DNA from: Squalus acanthias
Lineage: Eukaryota
Assembly: GCA_030390025.1 (NCBI GenBank)
Contig: CM059432.1
Span: forward strand, 123,196,001 to 123,260,000
Length of the DNA: 64,000 nt
Direction: 5' to 3'
Every line of letters begins with the position of its first letter. Position 1 is the stretch's first letter. The position numbers were made by a program, and so were the translations under genes. The notes under the pieces are model-generated. The model was not told where the DNA came from and did no database searches. It was given only the letters and a program-made list of their open reading frames with translations. Positions 24,912 through 35,833 of this stretch are shown one piece after another.

Positions 24912-25505
24912 TGTTCACCCGGGCCTACCGCTGGGTGGCTGGAGAGGCCCCTGTTCACCTGGGCCTACCGCTGGGTGGCTGCAGAGGCCCCTGTTCACCT
25001 GGGCCTACCGCTGGGTGGCTGCAGAGGCCCCTGTTCACCTGGGCCTACCGCTGGGTGGCTGCAGAGGCCCCTGTTCACCTGGGCCTACTGCTGGGTGGCT
25101 GCAGAGGCCCCCTGTTCACCCGGGCCTACCGCTGGGTGGCTGCAGAGGCCACTGTTCACCCGGGCCTACTGCTGGGTGGCTGGAGAGGCCCCCTGTTCAC
25201 CCGGGCCTACCGCTGGGTGGCTGCAGAGGCCCCCTGTTCACCCGGGCCTACCGCTGGGTGGCTGCAGAGGCCCCTGTTCACCAGGGCCTACCGCTGGGTG
25301 GCTGGAGAGGCCCCTGTTCACCTGGGCCTACTGCTGGGTGGCTGCAGAGGCCCCCTGTTCACCCGGGCCTACCGCTGGGTGGCTGCAGAGGCCCCTGTTC
25401 ACCCGGGCCTACCGCTGGGTGGCTGCAGAGGCCCCTGTTCACCCAGGGCCTACCGCTGGGTGGCTGGAGAGGCCCCCTGTTCACCCGGGCCTACTGCTGG
25501 GGGGC
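24912..25505. repeat. GC-rich minisatellite, 39-40 bp unit, about 15 copies
   Basis: Unit ctgttcaccYgggcctacYgctgggtggctgSagaggccc(c), head-to-tail with no spacers. Confidence 0.97.
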
Positions 25506-26016
25506 TGGAGTGGCCCCTTGAGTCAGGCAGCAGGGCCATTTTAAATGAAAATCAGGGCCTTATGTTGTACATGGAACCCCAGTTGTCATTTTTGGATTGA
25601 ACTGGGGGGCGCGGACCGTGTGCACTACGACCAGTATCAGCTGGCGGCTCTGCTGAAGGGGATCCTAAGGGTGAATTCCCCTTTCTTGTTGTGGGATCGG
25701 GAGGAGCAGGAGTGCTCCTCCAGGCACCAAAAATTAAGCTTCTGGTCCCCCTAACCTGCCTCCAAACATTGCCCCCGCCCCCCCCCCCTCCCCACACACA
25801 CACTGGACCTACTGTCTACGGCCCAACAGCTGACACTGTGAGGGCCCGGAGCCAGTGAGCTGCCCCGGGGCGTTCGATCTTTGGCCGCAGCCCGCCGTCA
25901 CGATGCAAATGCCGCTCGGCCCTCAAACTTGAGTGGGCCTCCCTTCGGGATTATCGGTGCCTTCCGCCAGCCAGCTGCCCGAAATTGGCTCAGGCGGGCA
26001 GGGGGAAATCCACCCC
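25506..26016. mobile_element. MITE-like element adjoining the minisatellite
   Basis: Carries the shared GGAGGAGCA/TGCTCCTCC hairpin and ends gggggaaatccacccc. Confidence 0.45.
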
Positions 26017-26768
26017 ATAGTATTTGAAAGGTTCGAGTGCTTGCCTTCTGTACTCCACATGGCCATGTCGCCAATGACAAGCAGTGCTGAGTGAGTTGAG
26101 TGAGAGGTGGAAGAGAAATCAATCTATTTGCATTGCACTTCATTGGGGTCAGTGCTGGCAGCACTCGAATGGAATATTCAGGCCCACATCCAGCTTTGAG
26201 ATGAATCAGGAGCTGAGCTCAACGGAAAATGCATTATTCACCAATACTACCGAGCTACATATTCGTCGTTGTTTTCCGCGCAGTTGCTCATCTATCTTTA
26301 TTTGTCATATCTTCCTGTTGGTTTTACATTCACTGCAGCACAATTCATTCCTCCATCTCATCAGGGCACCAATAAAATGCAAGCATAGCATAAATATTTA
26401 ATCTGGAAATAAAATCAGATTTTCAGACACCGGCTGCTGCGACACAAGAGCTTGACGAGATAACATTGCCAAATAGCTTCCCCAGCCCTTGGACCTTTTG
26501 ACACGACCCGCCCCGGGCCAGATGCAGTCTGAGCATTATTCTTGGTCATGCTGTTGAACATGTTTCGAAAGATAGAAAAAGAACTTTAATTTCCCTCTAA
26601 CCTTTTCCTGACTTAAGTGCCAGTCAGCTAAAAGAGAAAAAAAGATAAGGAATGCAGCTTCTTTTGTATTTTTTCCATTTCTCCCGTTTGTGTTGAACAA
26701 ATATTAAGAATGTTTTTCCAGCAGTGCATAGCAATTCTTTCTGACAATCTCACCAAATCAATATTTAG

Positions 26769-27057
26769 GACACACACAGAGGCACGCACACGCAGAGACA
26801 CAGAAAGACAGACACACACACACACACAGACACACACACACATGCACAGGGACACAGACAGACACACAGAGACACAGACAGACACACAGAGATACGCACA
26901 CACAGAGACATGGACAGACACACATGCACACAGAGATGCACATGCACACAGACACAGACAGACACACAGAGACATGCAGACAGAGACACACAGAGATGTG
27001 CACAGAGACATGCACAGACACATGGAGACACGCACACACACATAGACACAGAGACAC
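26769..27057. repeat. Compound (CA)/(GA) microsatellite that resumes at 27819-27860
   Basis: acacacagagacacagac degenerate repeats. Confidence 0.95.
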
Positions 27058-27060
27058 TAT

Positions 27061-27818
27061 GGGCTGGATTTTGTCTTGGGGTCGGGTTGGGGTCGTGTCA
27101 TCCGCATTTCGTGTTCCCCCCCCCCGACTCCAGATTAATGTGGATGAATGATGCAATTTTCACTTAATTGGGCAATTGAGTTCCAGCATGTGGGAACCCA
27201 TGAACCAATTAGTGGTTTCAGTGGGAAAGTCGCCTCTGATGATGTCATCATTGCTGCTGCATTGCAGGTCAGAGACTGACTGCCTGGTCTCACAGACTGC
27301 CTGGCTGTTGGTGAGAGAGGACCTGCCTTGGGAGGGGGGAAGAGAGAGAGAGAGAGAGAGAGATTTTCTTTTCCATCCAGGTCCTCTCACAGCAAGGCCA
27401 GGCAGTCTCTGAAGACATTCAATGCAGCAGCATCAATTTTCACGCCTAATACTACTACTACCTTCATCACATCTCCGTTGTAATAGTGCACCTGCAGCTG
27501 ATAGTCAGCTATCCACTTGTGCTCCCGCCAGGTTTCACTGGAGTGTTTCACATCAGGCGTACTTCACATCAGAAAAGGGTTAAACTAGCTAAAACGTTTG
27601 AAAATGGCATTACAGAGCCAATTTATGGCTTGTTAAGGGCTTTAATAACCTCTCCCGCCTCTTGGAGGCGGGACGGAGTCGGGAACCCCGCGACTGATTT
27701 TGTCAAAATTGCGTGGAGGCGGGATGGGGTCGGGATGGGGTCGGGACCCCCGACCCCGCAACTTTAACCCCCCACACGCCTCCAAACCCGACTCCATGGG
27801 CCATTCAAAATCCAGCCC
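27061..27818. mobile_element. Harbinger-type MITE inserted in the microsatellite
   Basis: 12-bp perfect TIR gggctggatttt/aaaatccagccc, same TIR type as 53245-55033. Confidence 0.8.
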
Positions 27819-28433
27819 ATAGACACAGAGACACGCACAGACACACGGAGACAGAGACATGCAAACAAAATCTGCATAATCACCAATCAAGCCAAAGATT
27901 AGTGATCCCTGTGGGTTATCGACACTGAAGTGAGAAGATAACTATTTTGGTCTGTTGATGTTTTTTAGCCTTAGTGACCTGGGAAGAGGTTTGAAGAACA
28001 ACCTCTGGTATAAAAATAATTGCTTGTGGCTCCTGCTGTACTTGAGTAACCAAACATAATACTCAACTTTGTGTCCCTAAGTCCAGCAGAGTTTATGCAT
28101 TGTTTCCGTAAACAAACTGATGCAGAGGATCTATTGCACATATTTAGTCCACCTAATGTGTCCATGTTCACATAGGGTTAAATCCTAGCCATTGCCCCAC
28201 CATCCCAGAAATAACCGTGGAAAGGGGTTGTTCACGCCTATTCATGTGGGTGCAGGGACCACGCTAAATTTGTGCTGGCTCCTCATTATCATCAGCCAGG
28301 TGCTTATTGTAGGTGTGCCTGTTTGGGGGATGGGTGGGTCTCCGATGCCCCTGGTCCAGGCAGTGGGCAGGGGGAGGGAGATCCTGTTCCCCCCAGGGGG
28401 CAGAAAGCCCTCCAGGCAAGGCATGACGCAACA

Positions 28434-29671
28434 CCAACAACAACAACTTGTAGCACCTTTAACATAGTAAAACGTCCCACGGTGCCTCACAGCTGCGCTA
28501 TCAAACAAAATTTGACACCGAGCCATAAAGGAGATATTAGGGCAGATGAGGTAGGTTTGAAGGAGCATCTTAAAGGAGGAAAGAGAGGCAGAGAGGCGGA
28601 GAGGTTTAGGGAGGGAATTCCAGAGCTTAGGGCCTAGGCAGCTGAAGGCACGGCCACCAATGGTGGAGTGATTAAAATCAGGGATGCTCAAGAGGTCAGA
28701 ATTGGAGGAGCGCAGATATCTCGGAGGGTTTTAGGGCTGGAGGAGATTACAGAGATAGGGAGGGGCGAGGCCATGGAGGGATTTGAAAACAAGGATGAGA
28801 ATTTTAAAATCAAGGTGTTGCTTAACCGGAAGCCAATGTAGGTCAGCGAGCACAGGGGTGATGGGTGAACAGGACTTGGTATCAGTTAGGACACGGGCAG
28901 CTGAGTTTTGGATGACCTCAAGTTTATGTAGGGCCAGAGTCGGGCGATGTTTCGGAGGTGGAAATAGGCGGTCTTAGTGATGGTGCAGATAGTGGTCCGA
29001 TGCTCAGCCCGGGGTCAAATATGACACCAAGGTTGCAAACAGTCTTGTTCAGCCTTAGACAGTTGCCAGGGAGAGGGATGGAGTCGGTTGTTAGGGAACG
29101 GAGTTTGTGGGGGGGACCGAAGACATTGGCTTCAGTCTCCTCAATATTTAGTTGGAGGAAATTTCTGCTCGTCCAGTACTGGAGGTTGAACAAGCTGTCT
29201 GACAATTTAGAGACAGTGGAGGGGTCGAGAGAAGTGGTGGTGAGGTAGAGCTTGGTGTCATCAGCGTACATGTGGAAACTGACACTGTGTTTTTGGACGA
29301 TGTCGCCGAGGGGCAGCATGTAGAAGAGAAATAGGAGGTGGCCAAGGATAGATCCTTGGGGGCAGCAGAGGTAATGGCGCGGCAGCGGGAAGAGAAGTCA
29401 TTGCAGGTGGTTCTCTGGCTACGATTAGATAGATTAGAATGGAACCAGGCGAGTGCAGTCCCACCCAGCTGGACGACGGTGGAGAGGTGTTGGAGGAGGA
29501 TGGTATGGCCAATCGTGTCAAAGGTTGCAGACAGGTCAAGAAGGACGAGGGGGGATAGTTTACCACGGTCACAGTCATATAGGATGTCATTTGTGATTTT
29601 GACAAGAGCCATTTTGGTACCGTGGCAGGGGCGGAAACCTGATTGGAGGGATTCAAGCATGGAGTTTCGGG
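28434..29671 (-). mobile_element. L2-clade LINE fragment with internal deletion
   Basis: [37 protein letters not shown]; (caa)n on plus equals the (ttg)n tail; homologous to 12680-14413. Confidence 0.93.
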
Positions 29672-30562
29672 GACTGTGGTCGCAAACAGCCAGCACATTC
29701 AGGAAGTGGTATCCCTTTCTACTGAGATGAATACCAGGTCAGTGATGAGGAGCATGCAAGGCAATGTGGGTGCTGTCAATGGCACCTTGTACCCTGGGAA
29801 TGCCTGTCATGCAAGTGAAGCCTAGTGCCCGCTTGTCTTGCTTTGCTCAGTCCATGGGGAATGCAATGCTTTTTCAAAGTTAAGTTTCACGCTGCGCAAA
29901 ACTGTGAATGGGCCGCACACCCAAAAAAAAATGAGGGGCAACATTGGTCACCACCCTAATACAGTGGTGCACAGCAAACTGGGAGATAGCACTGATGTCA
30001 CCTGCTGCAGCCTGGGCAGACCCTGTGGCGCAAAGGTTAAAAGCCACGGTGACCTTGACAGCTACAGGCAGTGCTGTCCTTGCCCTGGTTTGGGCCTCCA
30101 GTTGTGGCAGCGTCAGCACCAGCACAAAGTGGTACCCAGTCAGAACCACTGTGGAGAAAAAAACCTCACTGGAGAAAAAAAAAAGCCAAAAATAGCCAGC
30201 AGCCTAAGAGGGCAAACCAGCAACTACCCTGTATGTTATGGATGAGCCCTTTAAACGATGCTCCTGCAGGCCCCTTGCTGCCTGTTAGTGCCATGATTTT
30301 CTGGGCGAGTTTGTCATGTGGCGTATCAGGCTCTGGGCAAAGGGTCCTACAAGAAGTATCGGACCCTTATTTTAATATTATAAGGAGGCTTTTTTAATAT
30401 TTCTGGTGTGTGCCACGGACGGCTACGGAGCAGCCCGATCCAATATGGTGGATGGCGCACTATTGGCATGAGCTGGGCATGCACATGCTGCCCACCATAT
30501 TGCACCCTTAGCCACCCACTTTACACGGGTAAAATGAACACAACGCGCTCCAGTTTCTAGAC
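29672..30562 (-). pseudogene. HARBI1-like Harbinger transposase remnant (coding part about 29672-30130) with probable element end near 30562
   Basis: TALPVAVKVTVAFNLCATGSAQAAAGDISAISQFAVHHCIR, then after frameshifts GIPRVQGAIDSTHIAL and RKGYHFLNVLAVCDH; possible TIR ggtctagaaactg on minus. Confidence 0.8.
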
Positions 30563-30928
30563 CAATGTCTTTTTGTATAAACTTACATAGAGAATTTCCC
30601 AGTAATTCATTATATTAAATTGCTACTTGCAACATATATTTATATATGCAGACTGGATTATTTTGGCAGTAAGTTATTCCGTTTTATATGCCATTCCTTT
30701 CTAATTTGACAGCTACTTTCCTGTCACATTAAATCCATATTTTTAAATATTGCATTTGTGCACATTTAGCAACAAATGTGTTACTGAATCATGGTTGAGT
30801 TGGAAGTGTTGGATTAAATTGAACGGATGCGCAGTTACTTTTACTCATGCTGAGAAATTTTAGGTTCCTTCTCTGTCCTGATATCAATACCTTCAGCAGA
30901 TTTTAAACAAAATAAATTGAAACGTAAT

Positions 30929-31676
30929 GGGCCTGAATTTGCAGTCGGAGGCTTCCCGCGGGCGAACGCCTCCGAACCGCAAGAAAACTACGAACCTACC
31001 CGCTGCCTCCGGAGGTTCATAGACTCGCGCTCCTGGGCCTCTACCCGTAGGCCTGCGTAAAGGCCCACGTATCCCAGGAGCGCAGGCGGTTCTCGAGCAT
31101 CCCTGGGATCACGTGGGCCGGCCCAACCAAGGAGAAAGGGGGATTCCTATTATGCTTATGGAGATTCCATTTACGTACGGAATCCCCATAAGCTTAATAG
31201 GAATCACCTAAAAAACACAAATTTTACACAACCTAAATAAAAATAAATCATTACATGGTCAAAATTAATTAAAATGCAATTAAATTAAACATTTAAAACA
31301 AAAATGTAATTTTTTGAAAAATAATTTTAAACGTTTCACAGGGGCTAAAAATAACCTATAGCTAATTTTACAGTTTTTTAATGTTTAAATCATTTAAAAA
31401 AAAATATTTTAACATTTATTTAAACCCTTACGCTGGTAAAAGAAGGCCCTACCCTGCTTTTACCAGGCATAAGAGTTTCGTGGGCGTTCGCTGGGCAGTA
31501 GTTGGGCAAACAGCCCCACGCTCCGCCAGTGAATGTCCGTTTCCCGGGGATGTGGGTGATCTGTCGAGCTGAATCTTGACAGACGCAAGTTCCGGGTTTT
31601 CGCGCATGCGGAAACCAGAACTTTCGGGGCACTTACGGCCGCGTACGTGGCTCATAGACCCCGGAAAATCTGGGCC
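30929..31676. mobile_element. Harbinger-type MITE family B with AAT TSD
   Basis: AAT|gggcctgaattt ... aaaatctgggcc|AAT; related to 59990-60524 and more distantly to family A. Confidence 0.85.
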
Positions 31677-32019
31677 AATATTTTTATTAATTTGTAAATG
31701 TAGTCAGAAAAATAGCAATGCTGCAATTCGATTAGTTACACTGACAGTCCTGATTAAGGTTTGAAGTTTAAGTTCTTTGGAAAACAATCTGTTGTAATGT
31801 TAACCTTTTCTATGTGACTGTTATATGACAGTGATTTTGCTCAGATGCATTTCATTTACTTTATTCCTAAATTACATTCTACCTTCTCGCATCTTCTAAC
31901 TCAATACAATTAATATACTGATTTACATTTTGCTAATTACCAAATATTTAAAGATCATGTTTAAACTGTTCGGCCTAGAAATTCGAGTAGGCCGGAAACC
32001 TGTCGGTAACAGTGTCGGC

Positions 32020-32576
32020 CAAGCGATGGTGCAAGGTAAAAGGGAGTGGTAATGGGACAAGAAGGGACTGTGCTGATGAAGCTCAATGGAAGCTCGAGAA
32101 ACAGCACCTCATCTTTCGATTAGGCACTTTAGAGCCTTCCGGACTCAACATTGCATTTAACAATTTCAGACCATAACCCCACTGCTCTCATTTTTTCGGA
32201 CAGCAGTTGCTGGTAATGAATCTGCTTTTGTCATTTTCAGCTCCTCGAGACCCACCTTTTGTTTCTTTTCTTGTCCCATTACCATCCCCCTTTTGCCTTG
32301 CACCATCATCCCTTTTGTCATTTAATCTCTCCTGCTTTCCACCCTCTCACAGACCTTCCCTTTTGTTCTTTCCTCCCCTTCCCGCTTTCCCTGCCTCTGC
32401 ACTTGCTTAAAAATCTGTTACATCTCTAACTTTTTCCAGTTCTGACGAAGGGTCATTGACCTGAAACGTTAACTTTGTTTCTCTCACTACAGAAGCTGCC
32501 TGACCTGCTGAGTATTTCCAGCACTTTCTGTTTTTATTTCAGATTTCCAACATCTGCAGTATTTTGCTTTTGTATT
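32020..32576 (+). mobile_element. Penelope-like 3' fragment with short inverted 5' piece
   Basis: KLEKQHLIFRLGTL; gatggtgcaagg..aatgggacaagaa at about 32025 is the reverse complement of 32268-32310. Confidence 0.8.
32438..32474 (+). ncRNA. Minimal hammerhead ribozyme motif, intact core (CUGACGA variant)
   Basis: agtt-CTGACGA-a-gggtc(att)gacct-GAAA-CG-TT-aact. Confidence 0.65.
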
Positions 32577-32739
32577 AACTGGTCATTCACCTCATTTGCT
32601 GATTGTGGGATCTAGCTATGTGCTCTTGTTACCCTTTGCATTAGGTGACCAAAGATATATTTTGCGGGGAGATAAGATTCTCTGAGATGAAAATTAGAAC
32701 ATGCCTATCTAACATCTATAATGCCTCGTCAGGAGTGCA

Positions 32740-33410
32740 ATGGGATATGCACCACTTGCCTGGATGGAGTGCACTCAAAAGGCTTGATACCATCCAGGAT
32801 ACAGCAGATCACTTGATCTCCTGTCACTGAACTCAGCACCAACCCTCTCCACCACCAGCACACTGCGGCTGCAGCATGTGTGATCTATAGGATGCACTGC
32901 AGCAACCCACCAAGGTAACTTCGAAAGCACCTCCCTCCCCTGCAACCTATGCCACTGAGAAGGACAAGAGCATCAATGTTGTAGGGGAACGCATCATCTC
33001 CAAGTTCCTCTCCAAGTCAAATGCTATCCTGATTTGGAGATATAGGGCATGGAGTTTGTCTGCACCAGTAATGCGGAATACATTCACAGTGAGTCAGCAG
33101 CCTGTTTTACACAGCGCCCAAAATTATTTTCCATTGACGTCAATAGGTGCGGTATAAAACGGGCTGCCGATTCGCTATCAGCCCATTTCATATTACTGCC
33201 GCAGACCAATTTCACCCCCATATTGCCCTTCTATCATTAGTACTAGGTCAATATCCTGGCATTTCCTGTCTAACATCATTGTGGGCGCACCGTCACCACA
33301 AAGACTGCAGCGGTTCAAGAAGACCCGCCAACACCTTCTCAGGGCAACTAGGGATGGGCAATAAATGGGGCCCTGCCAGCATCAACCACATTCCGAGAAT
33401 GAATAAAAAA
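32740..33410 (+). mobile_element. Old CR1-like LINE 3' end with nested hairpin MITE (about 33044-33220)
   Basis: Homologous to 56970-57480; insert centred on ttttccattgacgtcaatagg and ends aatttcacccc. Confidence 0.7.
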
Positions 33411-34036
33411 AGAAATGCATTGAAAGGGGGTGAAAAATGCACAAAAATAAATGTCAAAAACCATAATTTCCTAGTTTACCCGAGAAACTACATTTTGCCC
33501 CCGTCAGAGCCCACTCGCTTTTCAAAACATTTCTAAATCCACCGCTGCAAAAACTTTACTTCTGTGCACTTACATTTTTTACCCTATTTTACAACTGATG
33601 GCATGTTGGGTATATTTGCAGCTGAAGTCAGGACAAATTCATGTCCCACTGCATTCTCATTGTAGCTAGTTATTCTTGTGTGTCCTACGTGGGGCCAATG
33701 GATTTCAAGCTTTAACAGAAAAATAAACGGAATTGCAAAATGTGATGAAAAAGCAGGAATAATAATCCTGAAATCCAATGTAATAAAAGATGAATGTAAC
33801 TTCTTCAGTCGCCTTGAAGCAGTAGCCATGGTCATCGGCCTTCATTTATCACTGTTTTTCAATTGTACGTTGTCTTTTGGTCTGTTAGCTTTTTATGGGC
33901 TGTGTCAGCTTTTTTTTTAAAAAGCTGTCTGGTAGTTTTCTGAGTTCTGTAGGTTGCCAGCTCCTGGTGCCTGGCAGGGCGCTGCATAAAAGTGAATGTG
34001 CAATCACCATCTATCATAACCTTATGTCAATACAAT

Positions 34037-34797
34037 GGGCCATCATTTGCTGTGGCAGGGCATCTAACAGCGTCTGCTGTTAGCTAGACTTGTTCTTGCA
34101 AGTTCAGGTTTTTTAATTTTTTGTGTGGCAAGTTGTTGAAAGTGCGAGCTGATAATGTCGTAGCGAGGAAAACCTGAGTGAACAGGACAAGCAACTGTGT
34201 ATCTCCTTAACCAATCAGATTGAAAGATTGTGAAATTAACAGTGCAAGGACGGAGAAGGAAGTGTAAATTAGAGTGGGTGAATTCAATGTCAAATCAGGT
34301 ACAGAAAGAGAAATAAAAAGAGGGAAAGAAAGATTGGATTAAGAGAAAAAGAGAAAAGTAAAAATAAAATTTTAAAATGAAAGATTTTACATTTTTAAAA
34401 TCTCCAACAATTAAAACCTGAAGGAATGAGACTCCATACTTGTAATAGTTAATTTTCAGTACCAGAGAGTTTGACTGGCAGTAATGAACACATATCACTT
34501 CATTAAAAGGGTACTTAGACTGGAATGGACAAGACTTAGTATTTTGTGTCGAGTTTAGTTCGTATCTACCACGCAAATACAGCAACTTCACATCGCTTAG
34601 TGCACTTCAATGGTGAGGCAGACAGTGCGATGCCGTTTTCGCAAAGCTAACGGTGGAGCGACACAACTCGGACAGAAACTTTTGGATTTTCGCGTTTAAC
34701 CTCGCACCTGACCTTGTCTGAAGTTGCTGTAGCATTTGCCCATCAATAACGGCGACGCCATTAGCCTCACCATTAGTTTGACAGCAAAATCGGGCCC
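34037..34797. mobile_element. Harbinger-type MITE family C, copy 1
   Basis: gggccatcatttgc ... gcaaaatcgggccc; shares tctccttaaccaat, agaaagattggattaagaga and aggaatgagactcca with 51473-52164. Confidence 0.75.
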
Positions 34798-35381
34798 ACT
34801 GTATTAAGTATGCACAGCACCTACAGTTCCACCCACTCAGACAGTCTTCCAGAACTCTGAATGCTCATTATGCAGCAGGGCACTCTTCGCAGCAGCAACC
34901 TTCCGTTGCAACCTGCCCTCGCATCCTTAAATACTTTTCCCCTGACAACTCCTTCCACCGACTGTAGCTGTATGATGCATATTCATATAATGAGCATCCG
35001 CAATGAGCAAGCACATGGGTATTCCTGTATGTCTTCCTGGCAAATTCTGTATAGAGAAAACTGCATAACAAGAGGGAGAAGGCCCACCCACAACCTCAAA
35101 TCCTATTAATTATTTTGAGGAGGCGGCCCAAGGAGTTTTCTTCTGACAATGAGTCAATTGAGAGAGCAGGAGATGGAGATGGGCGAGCTCAGAGTTTACA
35201 CGCAACTTCTCCTGCTCTTATTTTCTTATCATATAAACACGCACACACTGACACCAAAGCATACACTGAAAGTCAAGGGCTGATTCCTGACTGGGACGCT
35301 TCCATCACGGAACACACCTCATCGGGAGCGCTGGTTAGGTAGTTGCGGGCTCATGGCCCCTTGATCCATTTAAATTATTTT

Positions 35382-35833
35382 GGGTATTAGTGGTAGTGCT
35401 TTCACCTCCGAGTCAGAAGGTTGTGGGTTCAAGTACAACTCCAGAGACTTGAGCACAAAATCTAGGCTGTCACTCCAGTGCAGTCGTGAGGGAGTGCTGC
35501 ACTGTCGGAGGTGCTGTCTTTTGGATGAGACGTTAAACCGAGGCCTTGTCTGCCCTCTCAGGTGGACATAAACGATCCCATGCCACTATTTCGAAGAAGA
35601 GCAGGGGTGTTCTCCCCAGTGCCCTGGCCAGTATTTATCCCTCAACTAACATCACTAAAAAACAGATTATCTGGTCATTGCTGTTTGTGGGAGCTTGCTG
35701 TGTGCAAATTGGCTGCCATGTTTCCTACCTTACAACAGTGACTCCACTTCAAAAAGTACTTCATTGGCTGTAAAGTGATTTGGGACATCCTGAGGTTGTG
35801 AAAGGCGCTAGAGAAAAGCAAGTTCTTTCTTTC
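35382..35833 (+). mobile_element. Near full-length Deu-domain SINE
   Basis: tRNA-like head (gagtcagaaggttgtgggttcaagt), Deu-like body and L2-like tail. Confidence 0.85.

Noticed and set aside
24869..25600. Three overlapping long ORFs and a CRISPR-like appearance
   Set aside because: Head-to-tail minisatellite with no unique spacers and no cas genes; the ORFs arise from a stop-free repeat unit.
26628..27167. Cys/Val- or His/Thr-rich ORFs
   Set aside because: Translation of a (CA/GA) microsatellite.
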